DNA of 64,000 nucleotides, taken from positions 254,667 to 318,666 of the forward strand of contig JBAYWG010000001.1 in the NCBI GenBank assembly GCA_041674225.1. Direction: 5' to 3'. The DNA is from Minisyncoccota bacterium (GTDB taxonomy: Bacteria; Patescibacteriota; Minisyncoccia; Phycocordibacterales; JAACPR01). This document shows, one piece after another, positions 41,460 through 51,863 of this stretch (the stretch's first letter is position 1; each line of letters starts with the position of its first letter). The position numbers and the translations under genes were made by a program. The notes below the pieces were generated by a model that saw only the letters and a program-made list of their open reading frames with translations, was not told the DNA's origin and ran no database searches.

Positions 41460-44400
41460 TTATGAAACCTTTTTAATTTTTACAGCAATATCAATATCGC
41501 CCACTTTCACAGTTTCTCCGTCATTATCTTCAAACTTAATTTCTTTTGCACGAACTGATTTTTGAATTTCATTAACAAAATCCCCTACTTCTATTTTTGC
41601 AGAAGCCGAAACAATCATTGATATTTCATCATTTGGTTTGTAGCCAGATGTTTTTCGAAGTTGTTGAATAAATCTAATTAGCTCTCGAGCATTTCCTTCG
41701 AGTCGTAATTCTTCGGTAAGGTTTGTATCAAGAGACACTTCTGAGTCTTGATTTATATTAAACAAAACATCCTTAACATTTAATTCGTCTTTCAAAATTT
41801 CCAACAAATCATTTTTGTTTTTCAATTCTTCTTTTTTAAGAGTCACTGAAGCAAGTGGTTGTCGAACCTTGATTCCAACTTTTGTTCTTTCGTCTAGAGC
41901 TCGTGTCACTGTGTCTCGCAAAACTTGCATGCTAGAAATAATTTTCTCGTCTGACTTTTTAAGTTGTGGCCAAGAATCTAAATGGACACTTTCAAAATCA
42001 TTTTTTTCTCTCACTTTTTGATAAATATCTTCAGCAATAAAAGGTGTAAACGGAGCAATAAGTTTTGATAAGTTCTTCAAAACAAATTTTGTTGTTTGAG
42101 CTGCAAAAACAGCGTCTTCATTTTCTTCATCGAAGTTTTTAAATCTGTCTCGTGAACGACGAATATACCAAGTTGATAAATCATCCACAAAATCCATAAA
42201 CGGCCGAGTAGCTCTGTCTATTTCATAATTATCCAAACTCACTGTGACTTGATTTTGTAACTCAGAAAGCCGAGATAGAATCCATTGATCCAAAATGTTT
42301 GTACTTTCTTTTGCAACTTCAGAATTTTTAGAAAAATCTTTATACATCTCATAGAATGAAACTACATTATCTAATCTTGAAATCAGTTTGCTAGCGATTT
42401 CGGCAACTCCCTTTTCTGAAAAAGCCACGTCATCAGATTTCACTGCAGGTGAAGACATCAAGAAATATCTCAAAGAATCTGCGCCAGTTTTATTTAAAAC
42501 AGTGGATATATCAGGAAAATTATTTAGACTCTTCGACATTTTTTTACCATCTTCCGCCAACACAAGACCATTTACAACAACATTTTTATACGGCGCTCGT
42601 CCAAATAAAGCAGTATTCAAAACTAGCAATGAATAAAACCAACCACGAGTTTGATCTAAACCTTCAGCAATAAAATCCGCAGGATAATTTTTTGACTTTT
42701 TAAACAAACCAGAATCCGGACTAAATCTTTCTTTATTTGCAGGGTAATAATTTGAAGCATATGGAACAGAACCAGAATCCACCCAGGTATCAAAAACATC
42801 TGGAATTCTTTTCATCAATTTTCCGTTTTGCATGAAAGTCACATCATCAATATAAGGACGATGTAAATCAATTTCAAAATTATCATTTAGCGGCAATCTT
42901 GTTGGGATTAATTCCAAAGTTTTTCCTGTTGCAATAAAATCTTCTTTATCTTCTTTTATCGCGATTGTTTCTTCTTTATTTAAACCTCCGTTTGATGCAA
43001 CTAGCGCCCAAGTTGGATACTCATGAGTTACAATTATAATTCTTTTATTTTCATTTTGAGAATCAATTTCTTTTAGAAAATTCCCTACTCTTTTTTTCAA
43101 ATCTAAAACAGTTTCTGCACCATCGGCACATTTTTCAAATCTATCTTGTAGAGTTGGAAGATAATCTCGGTACTCAGAAATCGGTCGACCGTCAAAACCA
43201 GTTTGAATTTCTTTCAGTCTTTCATCAACAATAATTTTTTCTATCGGATATCCGATTTTTTCAGCAACAATTTCTGCTGTTTCTTTTGTCCGGAAAAGCG
43301 GAGAGCAATAAATCTCATCAAATTTTTCATCTGCAAATTTCTCCCCCACTCTCGCCACATCATCCTTTCCTTTTTGAGTTAAATGACTCGGAGAATTATT
43401 ACTGTCAGAAGTTCTGTTTTCCAAATTGTGATCTGCTTCACCATGACGCATTACCACAAATGTGTTTGTGCTTTTTGTTTTTTCTTTTAGATCATCTATT
43501 GAACCAATCACAGCAATCTCATTTCCATCTTCAGATTTCCATATTGGAATCGGTGTTCCCCAAAATCGTGCACGAGAAACAGACCAATCTTTCGCATCTT
43601 TCAACCAATTTCCAAAACGATTTTTTCCAACAAAATCCGGAGTCCAATTTACTTTTTCATTTTCTTTAACAATTTTATCTTTTATAGACGTCACCTTTAT
43701 GTACCAAGAAGACATCGCGTAATTTAAAAGTGGCGCATCTGTTCTCCAACAATGAGGATACGAGTGAGTATATTTTTTCTTATCAAACAAGAATCCGTTG
43801 TGTGCTAAATATTTCACAAACTCAATATCTGTTTGCATTGGATCTTCTTTTGGTTTTGCTTGAAGGCCAGCAAATTCTTTTACTTCTGGCTTTATAGTTC
43901 CATCAATTTTTACATGTTGTACAAAAGGTAGATTGTTTTCTTTCCCGAGGTTCAAATCGTCTTCACCAAATGCAGGAGCAATATGAACCACACCAGTTCC
44001 GTCTGTTGTTGTGACAAAATCACCATGATAAATTTTCCAACCATTTTCACGATTTTCTAAAGTTGCATCGTCAATATAACAATTGAAAGGTGGTGTGTAT
44101 TTCTTCCCTAACAATTCTTCTGCAGAAATTTCTGAAACCACTTCATGCTCTTTTCCTACAAAAACTTTTTCAACTAAATCTTTTGCTGCAATATAAATCG
44201 CATTTTCAAACTTAACTTTCACATATGAAAGATTTTTATTTATCGCAAGAGCGACATTTCCAGGAAGTGTCCACGGAGTTGTTGTCCAAGCCAAAACAAA
44301 AGTTCCCTTCTCTTCTGCCAATTCAAATTTCACTGTCGCAGATAAATCTGTGATGTCTTTGTATGCTTGATTTACTTCGAAGTTTGAAAGTGCGGTCTCA

Positions 44401-44960
44401 AGTAAAGGAGAAATGTGCATTGATTTGAAACCTTCATATGCCAAACCTTTTTGATGCAAGGTCTTCCACATCCACCAAACAGATTCCATATATTTTGAAT
44501 CCATTGTGATGTAGTTATCTTCAAAATCAACCCAACGACCAGTTCGTGGAATTATTTTTTTCCATTCATCAAGATATCGAAACACACTTGCTCGAGCAGC
44601 TTCGTTAAAATTTTTAACTCCAAAATTTTCTACATCTTGTTTTGTTTTAAGATTATTTTCTTTTTGAATTAAATTTTCAATCGGCAAACCATGTGTATCC
44701 CAACCCCATCGACGAGAAACTTTATAACCCGTCATTGTTTTGTATCTTGGGATTATATCTTTGATTGTTCCAGGTAGAATGTGTCCGTAGTGTGGCAACC
44801 CTGTTGCAAAAGGAGGACCATCATAAAAAACAAAATCACCTTTTGTGGATTCTCTTTCGATAGTCTTTTTGAAAATATTATTTTCTTCCCAAAAATTAAG
44901 GATTTTCTCTTCCCTTTGAGCTATTTGACTTTTATTAGTTTCGTCAGCTTCATTTGTCAT
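41460..44960 (-). CDS. ileS: Isoleucyl-tRNA synthetase (type 2-like) with inserted histidine phosphatase domain
   Basis: DGPPFATGLPHYGH, WTTTPWT, GTGVVHIAP, EGLDQTRGWFY, KMSKS; insert VMRHGE...SPLFRTKETA...IVTH. Confidence 0.96.
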   Translation of the reverse strand: MTNEADETNKSQIAQREEKILNFWEENNIFKKTIERESTKGDFVFYDGPPFATGLPHYGHILPGTIKDIIPRYKTMTGYKVSRRWGWDTHGLPIENLIQKENNLKTKQDVENFGVKNFNEAARASVFRYLDEWKKIIPRTGRWVDFEDNYITMDSKYMESVWWMWKTLHQKGLAYEGFKSMHISPLLETALSNFEVNQAYKDITDLSATVKFELAEEKGTFVLAWTTTPWTLPGNVALAINKNLSYVKVKFENAIYIAAKDLVEKVFVGKEHEVVSEISAEELLGKKYTPPFNCYIDDATLENRENGWKIYHGDFVTTTDGTGVVHIAPAFGEDDLNLGKENNLPFVQHVKIDGTIKPEVKEFAGLQAKPKEDPMQTDIEFVKYLAHNGFLFDKKKYTHSYPHCWRTDAPLLNYAMSSWYIKVTSIKDKIVKENEKVNWTPDFVGKNRFGNWLKDAKDWSVSRARFWGTPIPIWKSEDGNEIAVIGSIDDLKEKTKSTNTFVVMRHGEADHNLENRTSDSNNSPSHLTQKGKDDVARVGEKFADEKFDEIYCSPLFRTKETAEIVAEKIGYPIEKIIVDERLKEIQTGFDGRPISEYRDYLPTLQDRFEKCADGAETVLDLKKRVGNFLKEIDSQNENKRIIIVTHEYPTWALVASNGGLNKEETIAIKEDKEDFIATGKTLELIPTRLPLNDNFEIDLHRPYIDDVTFMQNGKLMKRIPDVFDTWVDSGSVPYASNYYPANKERFSPDSGLFKKSKNYPADFIAEGLDQTRGWFYSLLVLNTALFGRAPYKNVVVNGLVLAEDGKKMSKSLNNFPDISTVLNKTGADSLRYFLMSSPAVKSDDVAFSEKGVAEIASKLISRLDNVVSFYEMYKDFSKNSEVAKESTNILDQWILSRLSELQNQVTVSLDNYEIDRATRPFMDFVDDLSTWYIRRSRDRFKNFDEENEDAVFAAQTTKFVLKNLSKLIAPFTPFIAEDIYQKVREKNDFESVHLDSWPQLKKSDEKIISSMQVLRDTVTRALDERTKVGIKVRQPLASVTLKKEELKNKNDLLEILKDELNVKDVLFNINQDSEVSLDTNLTEELRLEGNARELIRFIQQLRKTSGYKPNDEISMIVSASAKIEVGDFVNEIQKSVRAKEIKFEDNDGETVKVGDIDIAVKIKKVS

Positions 44961-45050
44961 AAATTACAGCATACGATATTTAAGGCTTTGTTTCAATTGT
45001 GAGGGTAAAAGAAAAAAGCGCATCCCTATCAGGGATGCGCTTTAAAGACT

Positions 45051-45404
45051 TTAGGCACAAAACCTCTCCGAATCTTCCATAGGAAACCCGTGTTCAGAAA
45101 GAATCTGAGCAGCCTCCTCAAACTGAGGAAGAACATCGGTTCCATAGTTTTGAAGAGCCTTCGAAATATGGAGAAAGATACTTGTGGCAAATTGATGTGG
45201 TGATCGCCGAAAAAAACTTCTCGGCTCTAAACCATCAGGTTGATAGGTTCGAGGGAGTTCAGAAATAACAGTTCTTTTAATTGGCTCAAAAGTAACCTCA
45301 ACTTTAACCCAATCTTTATTGGGAAGTTGTGCTTCACAAATCAGTTCGTGAATCATTTCATTTTTACAAACAGAAATGAATAATTTTTCTAGTTCTTGTG
45401 CCAT
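45051..45404 (-). CDS. Orphan hypothetical protein
   Basis: TTGACT-17-TAATTT (45434-45462) upstream; terminator 45015-45043. Confidence 0.6.
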   Translation of the reverse strand: MAQELEKLFISVCKNEMIHELICEAQLPNKDWVKVEVTFEPIKRTVISELPRTYQPDGLEPRSFFRRSPHQFATSIFLHISKALQNYGTDVLPQFEEAAQILSEHGFPMEDSERFCA

Positions 45405-45536
45405 AATTTTTTAAGGGGTTCAATTCAAATACAAAATTACAACTAAAAACAATTGCAGTCAACACAGAACTGAAATGATTTTGAAAACATAAGAGAAAAG
45501 ACCGACACGGAGTGTCGGTCTTTTATTTTGGACTTA

Positions 45537-45956
45537 TCAGAACTTCTCGCAAATAGCGTAATCTTCATCACGAAACGCATACGCAATCCTGCGAATTCCT
45601 TTGATCCAACGACCATCTCGCTTGTATATACAAACAACATAATCATCACCATCTGTCTCGCGGGACAGACAGAACCTGGTTCCCCAGAAAAAATTAAAAC
45701 CATTTTCCCATTCTGAAGGAATCAGCTCCTGATTACTCATAAAAAAATCAGCAACACAGGCATTCAAAGGTTTCTTATTAATCACCTCATCGTAGAGTTT
45801 TGCCCCTTTGATGTGAAAGGTTTTTTGCACATCAGATCTCCATCGATCAATTTTTTCAGGGCACAAATCCACAATACCTCCCCGGTCATGAGCGGAGATT
45901 ATCATTCCACCAGGAATGATTGGTGTAGGATCACAATCAATAGTAATTGTTTTCAT
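45537..45956 (-). CDS. Orphan hypothetical protein
   Basis: Upstream TTGACT..TAGATT; terminator 45496-45524. Confidence 0.65.
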   Translation of the reverse strand: MKTITIDCDPTPIIPGGMIISAHDRGGIVDLCPEKIDRWRSDVQKTFHIKGAKLYDEVINKKPLNACVADFFMSNQELIPSEWENGFNFFWGTRFCLSRETDGDDYVVCIYKRDGRWIKGIRRIAYAFRDEDYAICEKF

Positions 45957-46034
45957 GTTTATTTTAATTTTGTTTGATTTTAAAGATCTCTAACACTTTT
46001 CAAAATCTATAACAAAACCATCTTTAGTCAACAC

Positions 46035-47750
46035 CTACATCCTCTCCGGCAATCCAATTCCCAAAATTTCCAAACCGTTTTGCAAAACAGTCAGAGTAGC
46101 TTGTGTGATCCCAACTTTGTACGAAGTCCCGATATTTTGTTTATCAATAATTTGTTCAGAAGAATAGAAAGAATTAAATTCACTAGATAATTCTGTGAGG
46201 TATGTGATTAATTTTTGCGGAGCTAGTTCATCATAAGCTTCGGCAACAACTTCTGGAAAACGATTTAATATTTTTTCAATATTTTTCACTTGCCAATCTT
46301 CTGGTTGAGTTCCCCCCACTAAACCAAGTCCTTCATTTTCTGCTTTTCTCAAAATAGATGAAGCTCGCATTGCGGTGTATTGAAGATACGGTCCAGAATC
46401 GCCTTCGAAAGAAAGTGATTTATCAAAATCAAAGATGATATCTTTTCCAATTGATTGTTTTAAAATTGAATATTTTAAAGAACCAAGGGCAACTTTTTCT
46501 AGGACTTGCTCTTTAATTTCCTCTTCATATTCTCTGTCTGCATTTTTTTCAGAAACTTTTGTTCGCACATCCTCAATCAAACTTTCAGCAGAAATTACAT
46601 TACCTGTACGAGAACTCATTTTTCCTGAAGGTAATTTCAACATTCCGTGAGAAATATGTGTTGTCTTCGCTTCTAACTCTGGAAAAATTTCTTGCATCGC
46701 TTTCAAGACCACTTTGAAATAATGCTCTTGCTCATTTGCGGTGATCACAATCGAACGATCGTATGCATAGGTTTCAGCTTTAATTTTTGCCAAACCAAGT
46801 TCTTTTGCTTCGTATGTCGGAAGTCCCATTGAGTTTATGAAAACACGCGTGTGCAGTCCGTGCTTTTCACCTTTATAAACCACAGCTCCATCCCCCATTT
46901 CAAAAATTCCTGTTGGAATATTTTTTTGCACAACATCTTTTCCAAACCCAGCAGTTTCACTTTCAAGAAAATATAAATCAAATTTAGTTCCCAATCTTTT
47001 GTAAACAATTTCAAAAGCCTCCAAGCTCCACTTTCTTCCTTTTTCATAATAAATATTTAACTCATGATTTGATTTTTCAAAAATCATTTTATTAGTCACT
47101 TCAATTTCTTTTTTTGCAGATTCATCCACTTCATATTCATGAGAACCAAAAGAATACGCATTTGAAAGAAAACGTACTTTTATATCTAAAGGATCATCAT
47201 CGTGCGGAAAGCCTGCGCGATTTTGAATCATTCCCCACACAGCCATTGCCACATGCAGACCCACATCACCTTGATAAACAGCTCTCTTCACTTCCGCGCC
47301 GTTCCATTCGGATATTTTGCAAATTGTTTCGCCAATAAAATTACTCATCATGTGTCCAATATGAAGAATCTTAAAAGGATTTGGATCTGTGAATTCGATA
47401 ATAGTTTTTTGATTATTTAAACGATTGTTTCGTCCGTAGTTTTTTCCCTGATTGATTACATCGTGTACTACTTCTTCAAAAAATTTGTCAGACAAATGAA
47501 AATTGATAAACCCAGGTCCAGCCACCTCAACTTTTTTTACTTCAAAATCAAAACTTGCTTCTAGACCTCTCTGCATTTCATTCGCAACTTCAACTGGATT
47601 CTTTCCAAGACTTTTTCCCAGAATCATCGCCACGTTCGTAGAATAATCACCATTTGCCAAATCCGCAGGATGCTCCACTACAAAATCAACCTCAGGCAAC
47701 CCAAGCCCTGTGATTATTTCTTTTATTACGCCCTTTATTTTCTCTTGCAT
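46035..47750 (-). CDS. argS: Arginyl-tRNA synthetase
   Basis: GDYSTN, AGPGFINF, LHIGH, KMSSRTG, GDSGPYLQY, C-terminal PERM. Confidence 0.97.
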   Translation of the reverse strand: MQEKIKGVIKEIITGLGLPEVDFVVEHPADLANGDYSTNVAMILGKSLGKNPVEVANEMQRGLEASFDFEVKKVEVAGPGFINFHLSDKFFEEVVHDVINQGKNYGRNNRLNNQKTIIEFTDPNPFKILHIGHMMSNFIGETICKISEWNGAEVKRAVYQGDVGLHVAMAVWGMIQNRAGFPHDDDPLDIKVRFLSNAYSFGSHEYEVDESAKKEIEVTNKMIFEKSNHELNIYYEKGRKWSLEAFEIVYKRLGTKFDLYFLESETAGFGKDVVQKNIPTGIFEMGDGAVVYKGEKHGLHTRVFINSMGLPTYEAKELGLAKIKAETYAYDRSIVITANEQEHYFKVVLKAMQEIFPELEAKTTHISHGMLKLPSGKMSSRTGNVISAESLIEDVRTKVSEKNADREYEEEIKEQVLEKVALGSLKYSILKQSIGKDIIFDFDKSLSFEGDSGPYLQYTAMRASSILRKAENEGLGLVGGTQPEDWQVKNIEKILNRFPEVVAEAYDELAPQKLITYLTELSSEFNSFYSSEQIIDKQNIGTSYKVGITQATLTVLQNGLEILGIGLPERM

Positions 47751-47773
47751 GATTTTGTTAGTTTAACAGCATT

Positions 47774-48469
47774 TTAGTTTCTATCAATCAGATCATTTAC
47801 CGAATCCAAAACTATTTTATGAATTTCTTCTCGTGTCATCATCTCCCCATCCGGAGCACAAACTACTGTTTTCCAATTAAATTTATCTGCAACATATTTA
47901 TAAGCTTCCGAAGCATTTTTTAAATGATCTAAATCCGCCTCATGAATATCTCTCTTTTCACCTTTTGTATATTCTCTAGAAGATTTCTGATCAACAAGTT
48001 TTTGACCAACTTCTGGAGGAACATAAAGAAATATAACTTCATCTGGTTTTGGTATACCACAGATTTCATATTCGAGTTCATGAAGCCAATCCAAAAATTT
48101 ATCTCGCTCTTCTTGATCTCTTATCTTCCCAGTCTGATGACCCATACTCGCAGAAACATATCTGTTACTCACAATACAAACACCTTCCTCAAGCCATTTA
48201 TACATTTGAGTAGAAACATCAAATCTATCGAGTGCATAAAAAAGTGAAGCTCGTTTTGCACCAACCTCATCTGCTGTTCCATATTCTCCTCTCAAATATT
48301 TTTCAACAAAATGAGATGATGGATTTCCATATTGAGGAAAATCTGTAACAACAACTTGAACTCCTTGAGATTTCAATGCTTCCACAAGTAATTCAGTTTG
48401 AGTTCCTTTTCCAGAACCATCTGTTCCATCAATCACAATAAATTTTCCTTTTTTATTTTTTGTTTCCAT
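47774..48469 (-). CDS. tmk: Thymidylate kinase
   Basis: FIVIDGTDGSGKGTQ, LFYALDR, NRY, KPD. Confidence 0.9.
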   Translation of the reverse strand: METKNKKGKFIVIDGTDGSGKGTQTELLVEALKSQGVQVVVTDFPQYGNPSSHFVEKYLRGEYGTADEVGAKRASLFYALDRFDVSTQMYKWLEEGVCIVSNRYVSASMGHQTGKIRDQEERDKFLDWLHELEYEICGIPKPDEVIFLYVPPEVGQKLVDQKSSREYTKGEKRDIHEADLDHLKNASEAYKYVADKFNWKTVVCAPDGEMMTREEIHKIVLDSVNDLIDRN

Positions 48470-48472
48470 TTT

Positions 48473-48895
48473 TTATTTCCCAGTACTTCCAAATCCACCC
48501 TCTCCCCGCGTAGTGTCAGAAAGCTCAGCTGATTCTATCAAATTCACTTGTTCAACTTTTTGAATCAGCATTTGTGCGATTTTGTGTCCTGCTTCAAAGT
48601 GATATGTTTCGTCGCTCAAATTTATCATTCCAACTTTTATTTCTCCGCGGTATTCAGAGTCGACCACACCACCAACAGTTTTCAATCCGGACTTATGAGA
48701 CAATCCGCTTTTATCCCAAATCAAACCAACACAGCCTTCAGGAATTTCCATTGCAATACCAGTTGATATTTGAACTCTCTGGTTTGGCTCCACTGAAATA
48801 TTTTCTAAACAAAATAAATCCATACCTGCATCAAATGAATGTGCGTATTGTGGAGCAACAGCATTTTCATTTAATTTTTTAAATTTAATTTGCAT
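48473..48895 (-). CDS. dut: dUTP diphosphatase
   Basis: AGMDL, KSGL, GVVDSEYRGE, KIAQ, RGEGGFGSTG. Confidence 0.96.
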   Translation of the reverse strand: MQIKFKKLNENAVAPQYAHSFDAGMDLFCLENISVEPNQRVQISTGIAMEIPEGCVGLIWDKSGLSHKSGLKTVGGVVDSEYRGEIKVGMINLSDETYHFEAGHKIAQMLIQKVEQVNLIESAELSDTTRGEGGFGSTGK

Positions 48896-48907
48896 TTTCT
48901 ATTAAAT

Positions 48908-50080
48908 TTAATTTCGCAAAATTTCGTCAATTCTTTGTGCGATTTCTTCAAAATCTTTTTCTGTTTTTCCGTTTGTAGTTTCAGCCGGAGTTCCAATACG
49001 AATTCCAGATGGATCAGAAGGACTTCTAGTATCATTTGGAATTGTGTTTTTGTTCACAATAATCCCCTCTTTTTCCAATCTATCGCTCGCCTCTTTTCCT
49101 GAAATTCCTTTTCCATCCATCCAAGTATCAACTAAAACTAAATGTGAGTCAGTTCCACCAGAAACAATTCGCCAACCCAAACCGCTCAAAGTATCTGCTA
49201 GAGTCTTCGCATTTTTCACTACTTGCTCTGCGTATTTTTTGAAATCACCTGATTGAGCTTCTTTTAAAGCCACCGCCACACCAGCGATTTGATTCATATG
49301 CGGACCACCTTGAAGCCCTGGGAAAACAGCTTTGTTAATTTTTTCATTTAATTTTCTGTCGTCTTTTTTCGCAAAAATTAAAGCGCTTCGTGGACCTCGT
49401 AGAGTTTTGTGAGTTGTTGTTGTGACAATGTCAGCATACGGAAACGGAGATGAATAAACTCCACCCGCCACAAGCCCTGAAATGTGTGACATATCCACCA
49501 TTAAATACGCACCAACTTTATCTGCAATCTCTCGGAACTTTGCCCAATCAATATTTCTCGGGTACGCAGTGAACCCTGCAACAATAATTTCTGGTTTCGC
49601 ATCAACTGCAATTTTTTCTATTTCTTCAAAATTTAAAAGTTCAGTTTCTTTATCAACTCCGTATTGAATTGATTCATAAAAACTTCCTGTCGCAGAAACT
49701 TTGTGCCCGTGAGTTAAGTGCCCTCCGTGATCAAGTCGCATTCCCATAATTTTTCCTCCTTTTGAAACTAGAGCAAAGTACACAGCCAAGTTTGCAGGTG
49801 AACCAGAAAGAGCTTGAACATTTACTGCCCAATCATTTTCATTTAAACCAAAAGTTTTTAGTGCACGACTTTGTGTTAAAAGTTCTACTTCATCCACGAC
49901 TTCATTTCCTCCGTAGTATCTCGCATTCGGATATCCTTCTGCATATTTGTTATTAAATTTTGAACCCAAAGCTTCTAGAACATCTTCTGAAACATAATTC
50001 TCTGACGCAATTAGATTTATTACACTTCCCTGACGTTCGTTTTCTCTTTTTATTAAATCTGCAATTTCAATATCTTTCAT
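48908..50080 (-). CDS. glyA: Serine hydroxymethyltransferase
   Basis: LIASEN, NKYAEGYP, GGHLTHG, TTTHKTLRGPR. Confidence 0.98.
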   Translation of the reverse strand: MKDIEIADLIKRENERQGSVINLIASENYVSEDVLEALGSKFNNKYAEGYPNARYYGGNEVVDEVELLTQSRALKTFGLNENDWAVNVQALSGSPANLAVYFALVSKGGKIMGMRLDHGGHLTHGHKVSATGSFYESIQYGVDKETELLNFEEIEKIAVDAKPEIIVAGFTAYPRNIDWAKFREIADKVGAYLMVDMSHISGLVAGGVYSSPFPYADIVTTTTHKTLRGPRSALIFAKKDDRKLNEKINKAVFPGLQGGPHMNQIAGVAVALKEAQSGDFKKYAEQVVKNAKTLADTLSGLGWRIVSGGTDSHLVLVDTWMDGKGISGKEASDRLEKEGIIVNKNTIPNDTRSPSDPSGIRIGTPAETTNGKTEKDFEEIAQRIDEILRN

Positions 50081-50179
50081 AAAAGTAGTGTTAGTTAAAT
50101 AATTTGGCTGTCGCAGAGTTAAATCATGGTAGTTAATTTATAAATACATTTTAGCAAAAAATGCTATTATGGCTAATAG

Positions 50180-50398
50180 ATGAAGGAGCGTAAATATCAA
50201 TCAGATAGTTCTGTTTTCCCGACATCGGATACAGGGATTCAGAAAGAACCCGAAGTAGAAATCTTAATCTTTTCAGAAAACTCAAGAGAACTAGAGACAT
50301 TTCCATGGTTTTGGTTCAAAGGGTGGGCCTTAATCTCCGATGAATTTATAGTCGAGGAATACAAAGGTATTTCTCATGGAAACGGTCTTCCGAGATGA
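50180..50398 (+). CDS. Small hypothetical protein
   Basis: 72 aa ORF with upstream TATTAT and downstream hairpin; no recognisable motif. Confidence 0.35.
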   Translation: MKERKYQSDSSVFPTSDTGIQKEPEVEILIFSENSRELETFPWFWFKGWALISDEFIVEEYKGISHGNGLPR

Positions 50399-50425
50399 AA
50401 TATTTGGAATTATTTAAAGAAAATC

Positions 50426-50451
50426 AGCCGCGGACAAAGTCCGCGGCTTTT
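50426..50451. terminator. Palindromic terminator identical to 1898-1923
   Basis: AGCCGCGGACAAAGTCCGCGGCTTTT. Confidence 0.75.
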
Positions 50452-50465
50452 AACTTTCCATTGAT

Positions 50466-50960
50466 CTATTTAAATTGCTTTCCGACAATATTATCCGGAT
50501 GATTTTTATCGAAAAGAATTTCACTTCCCTCCAACAAATACACATCACGAATACCAGCCGAAATCATTGCATCCCAACAAGGTTCACAGCACCACCAATG
50601 ACCCCATAGATAAATGTCCGCACCTTGAGTGTTTACACCCTTTGCTATGGCATCTTTAATAGCAGACTGCTCTCCATGATTTTTTGGATGACAACCTTCG
50701 CAAAGCTCATAGCCTTGCCCGGTCGGAATACCTTGCTTAATTCGCTCACACTCATTGTTTTCATGAAATGTGCTTCCATTAGCTCCCATCGCGACGACAG
50801 CTCTGTCACGCACAATTACGCTCGCATTAGGCATAACTTTGTCCAAGGAATGATTCTGAGCAAACTCCCGAGCCATTTTAATGAACGGATTATCAGCTGG
50901 AACATACTTGATTTCTCGCCCTTCTGGCAGAAACGGATATTTTATTTCTTTCTTTTCCAT
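50466..50960 (-). CDS. dCMP deaminase-family zinc deaminase
   Basis: CER...GYELCEGC, HGEQSAI (HxE), CCEPC, AGIRDVY. Confidence 0.85.
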   Translation of the reverse strand: MEKKEIKYPFLPEGREIKYVPADNPFIKMAREFAQNHSLDKVMPNASVIVRDRAVVAMGANGSTFHENNECERIKQGIPTGQGYELCEGCHPKNHGEQSAIKDAIAKGVNTQGADIYLWGHWWCCEPCWDAMISAGIRDVYLLEGSEILFDKNHPDNIVGKQFK

Positions 50961-51021
50961 ATATTTCTTAAAGTGTCTATAATGCAGATTATCTTTTAGC
51001 CATTATAATGTAAATACTACC

Positions 51022-51858
51022 ATGACCAAATTCGATCAAATCTATCAAAACCTTTTAAAAGATATTCTTGAAAATGGATACAAAGAATTCTCACAAAGAA
51101 CCGGTCTAGAAACATCAGCAATTCCAGGAATGCATTTCAAAATCAATCCAGAAGAAGATGGCTTCCCTCTTTTAACACTTCGAAAAATTCCAATACGCGG
51201 ACCAGTGGTGGAACAAATTTGGTTTTTATCTGGCGCAAGAAAACCTGCAGACTTTTTAAGAAACCACACAAAGATCTGGGACGCTTTCACAAACCCAAAT
51301 GATGTTGTGACTGTGGCCTATGGATATCGTTGGCGAAAACATTTTGGACGAGATCAAATAAAACTTTTAGTTGAACTTTTAGAAAAAGAACCAAGCTCAA
51401 GACATGGAGTGGTAATAGCTTGGGATCCTGCACAAGACGGACTTTCACTTGTAAAAAAAGCCAACGTTCCCTGCCCTTATACATTTACGATAAATATTAT
51501 CGCAGGCAAACTTCACATGCATAATATTGTGCGTTCAAACGATATGATTCTCGGCGCTCCTTTTGATATTGCAGGATTTTGTTTTCTTCAATACATTCTT
51601 GCTCAAAGACTTGGCGTAAAAGTCGGCACATATTCTCACTCAATTTCAAACGCACATATTTATGAAAATCATTATGACGCAGCGAGAGAAATAATTTCTA
51701 GAACAAATGACCATCCTCTAATTAAATTAACTTTACCTGAAAATTCTTTTGAACGTTCGGAACAAAAAGATGAAACTCTTTTGGAAGAAGTTGTTGCTCA
51801 ACTGGAATCACAATACAATCCAATGCCTGCGATTAAAGGATTAAAAATCGCACTCTAA
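51022..51858 (+). CDS. thyA: Thymidylate synthase-family enzyme with dCMP-type specificity residues
   Basis: RTG, FPLLT, YGYRWR, SSR, PC151, RSNDMILGAPFD182, AHIYENH. Confidence 0.9.
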   Translation: MTKFDQIYQNLLKDILENGYKEFSQRTGLETSAIPGMHFKINPEEDGFPLLTLRKIPIRGPVVEQIWFLSGARKPADFLRNHTKIWDAFTNPNDVVTVAYGYRWRKHFGRDQIKLLVELLEKEPSSRHGVVIAWDPAQDGLSLVKKANVPCPYTFTINIIAGKLHMHNIVRSNDMILGAPFDIAGFCFLQYILAQRLGVKVGTYSHSISNAHIYENHYDAAREIISRTNDHPLIKLTLPENSFERSEQKDETLLEEVVAQLESQYNPMPAIKGLKIAL

Positions 51859-51863
51859 ATAAT

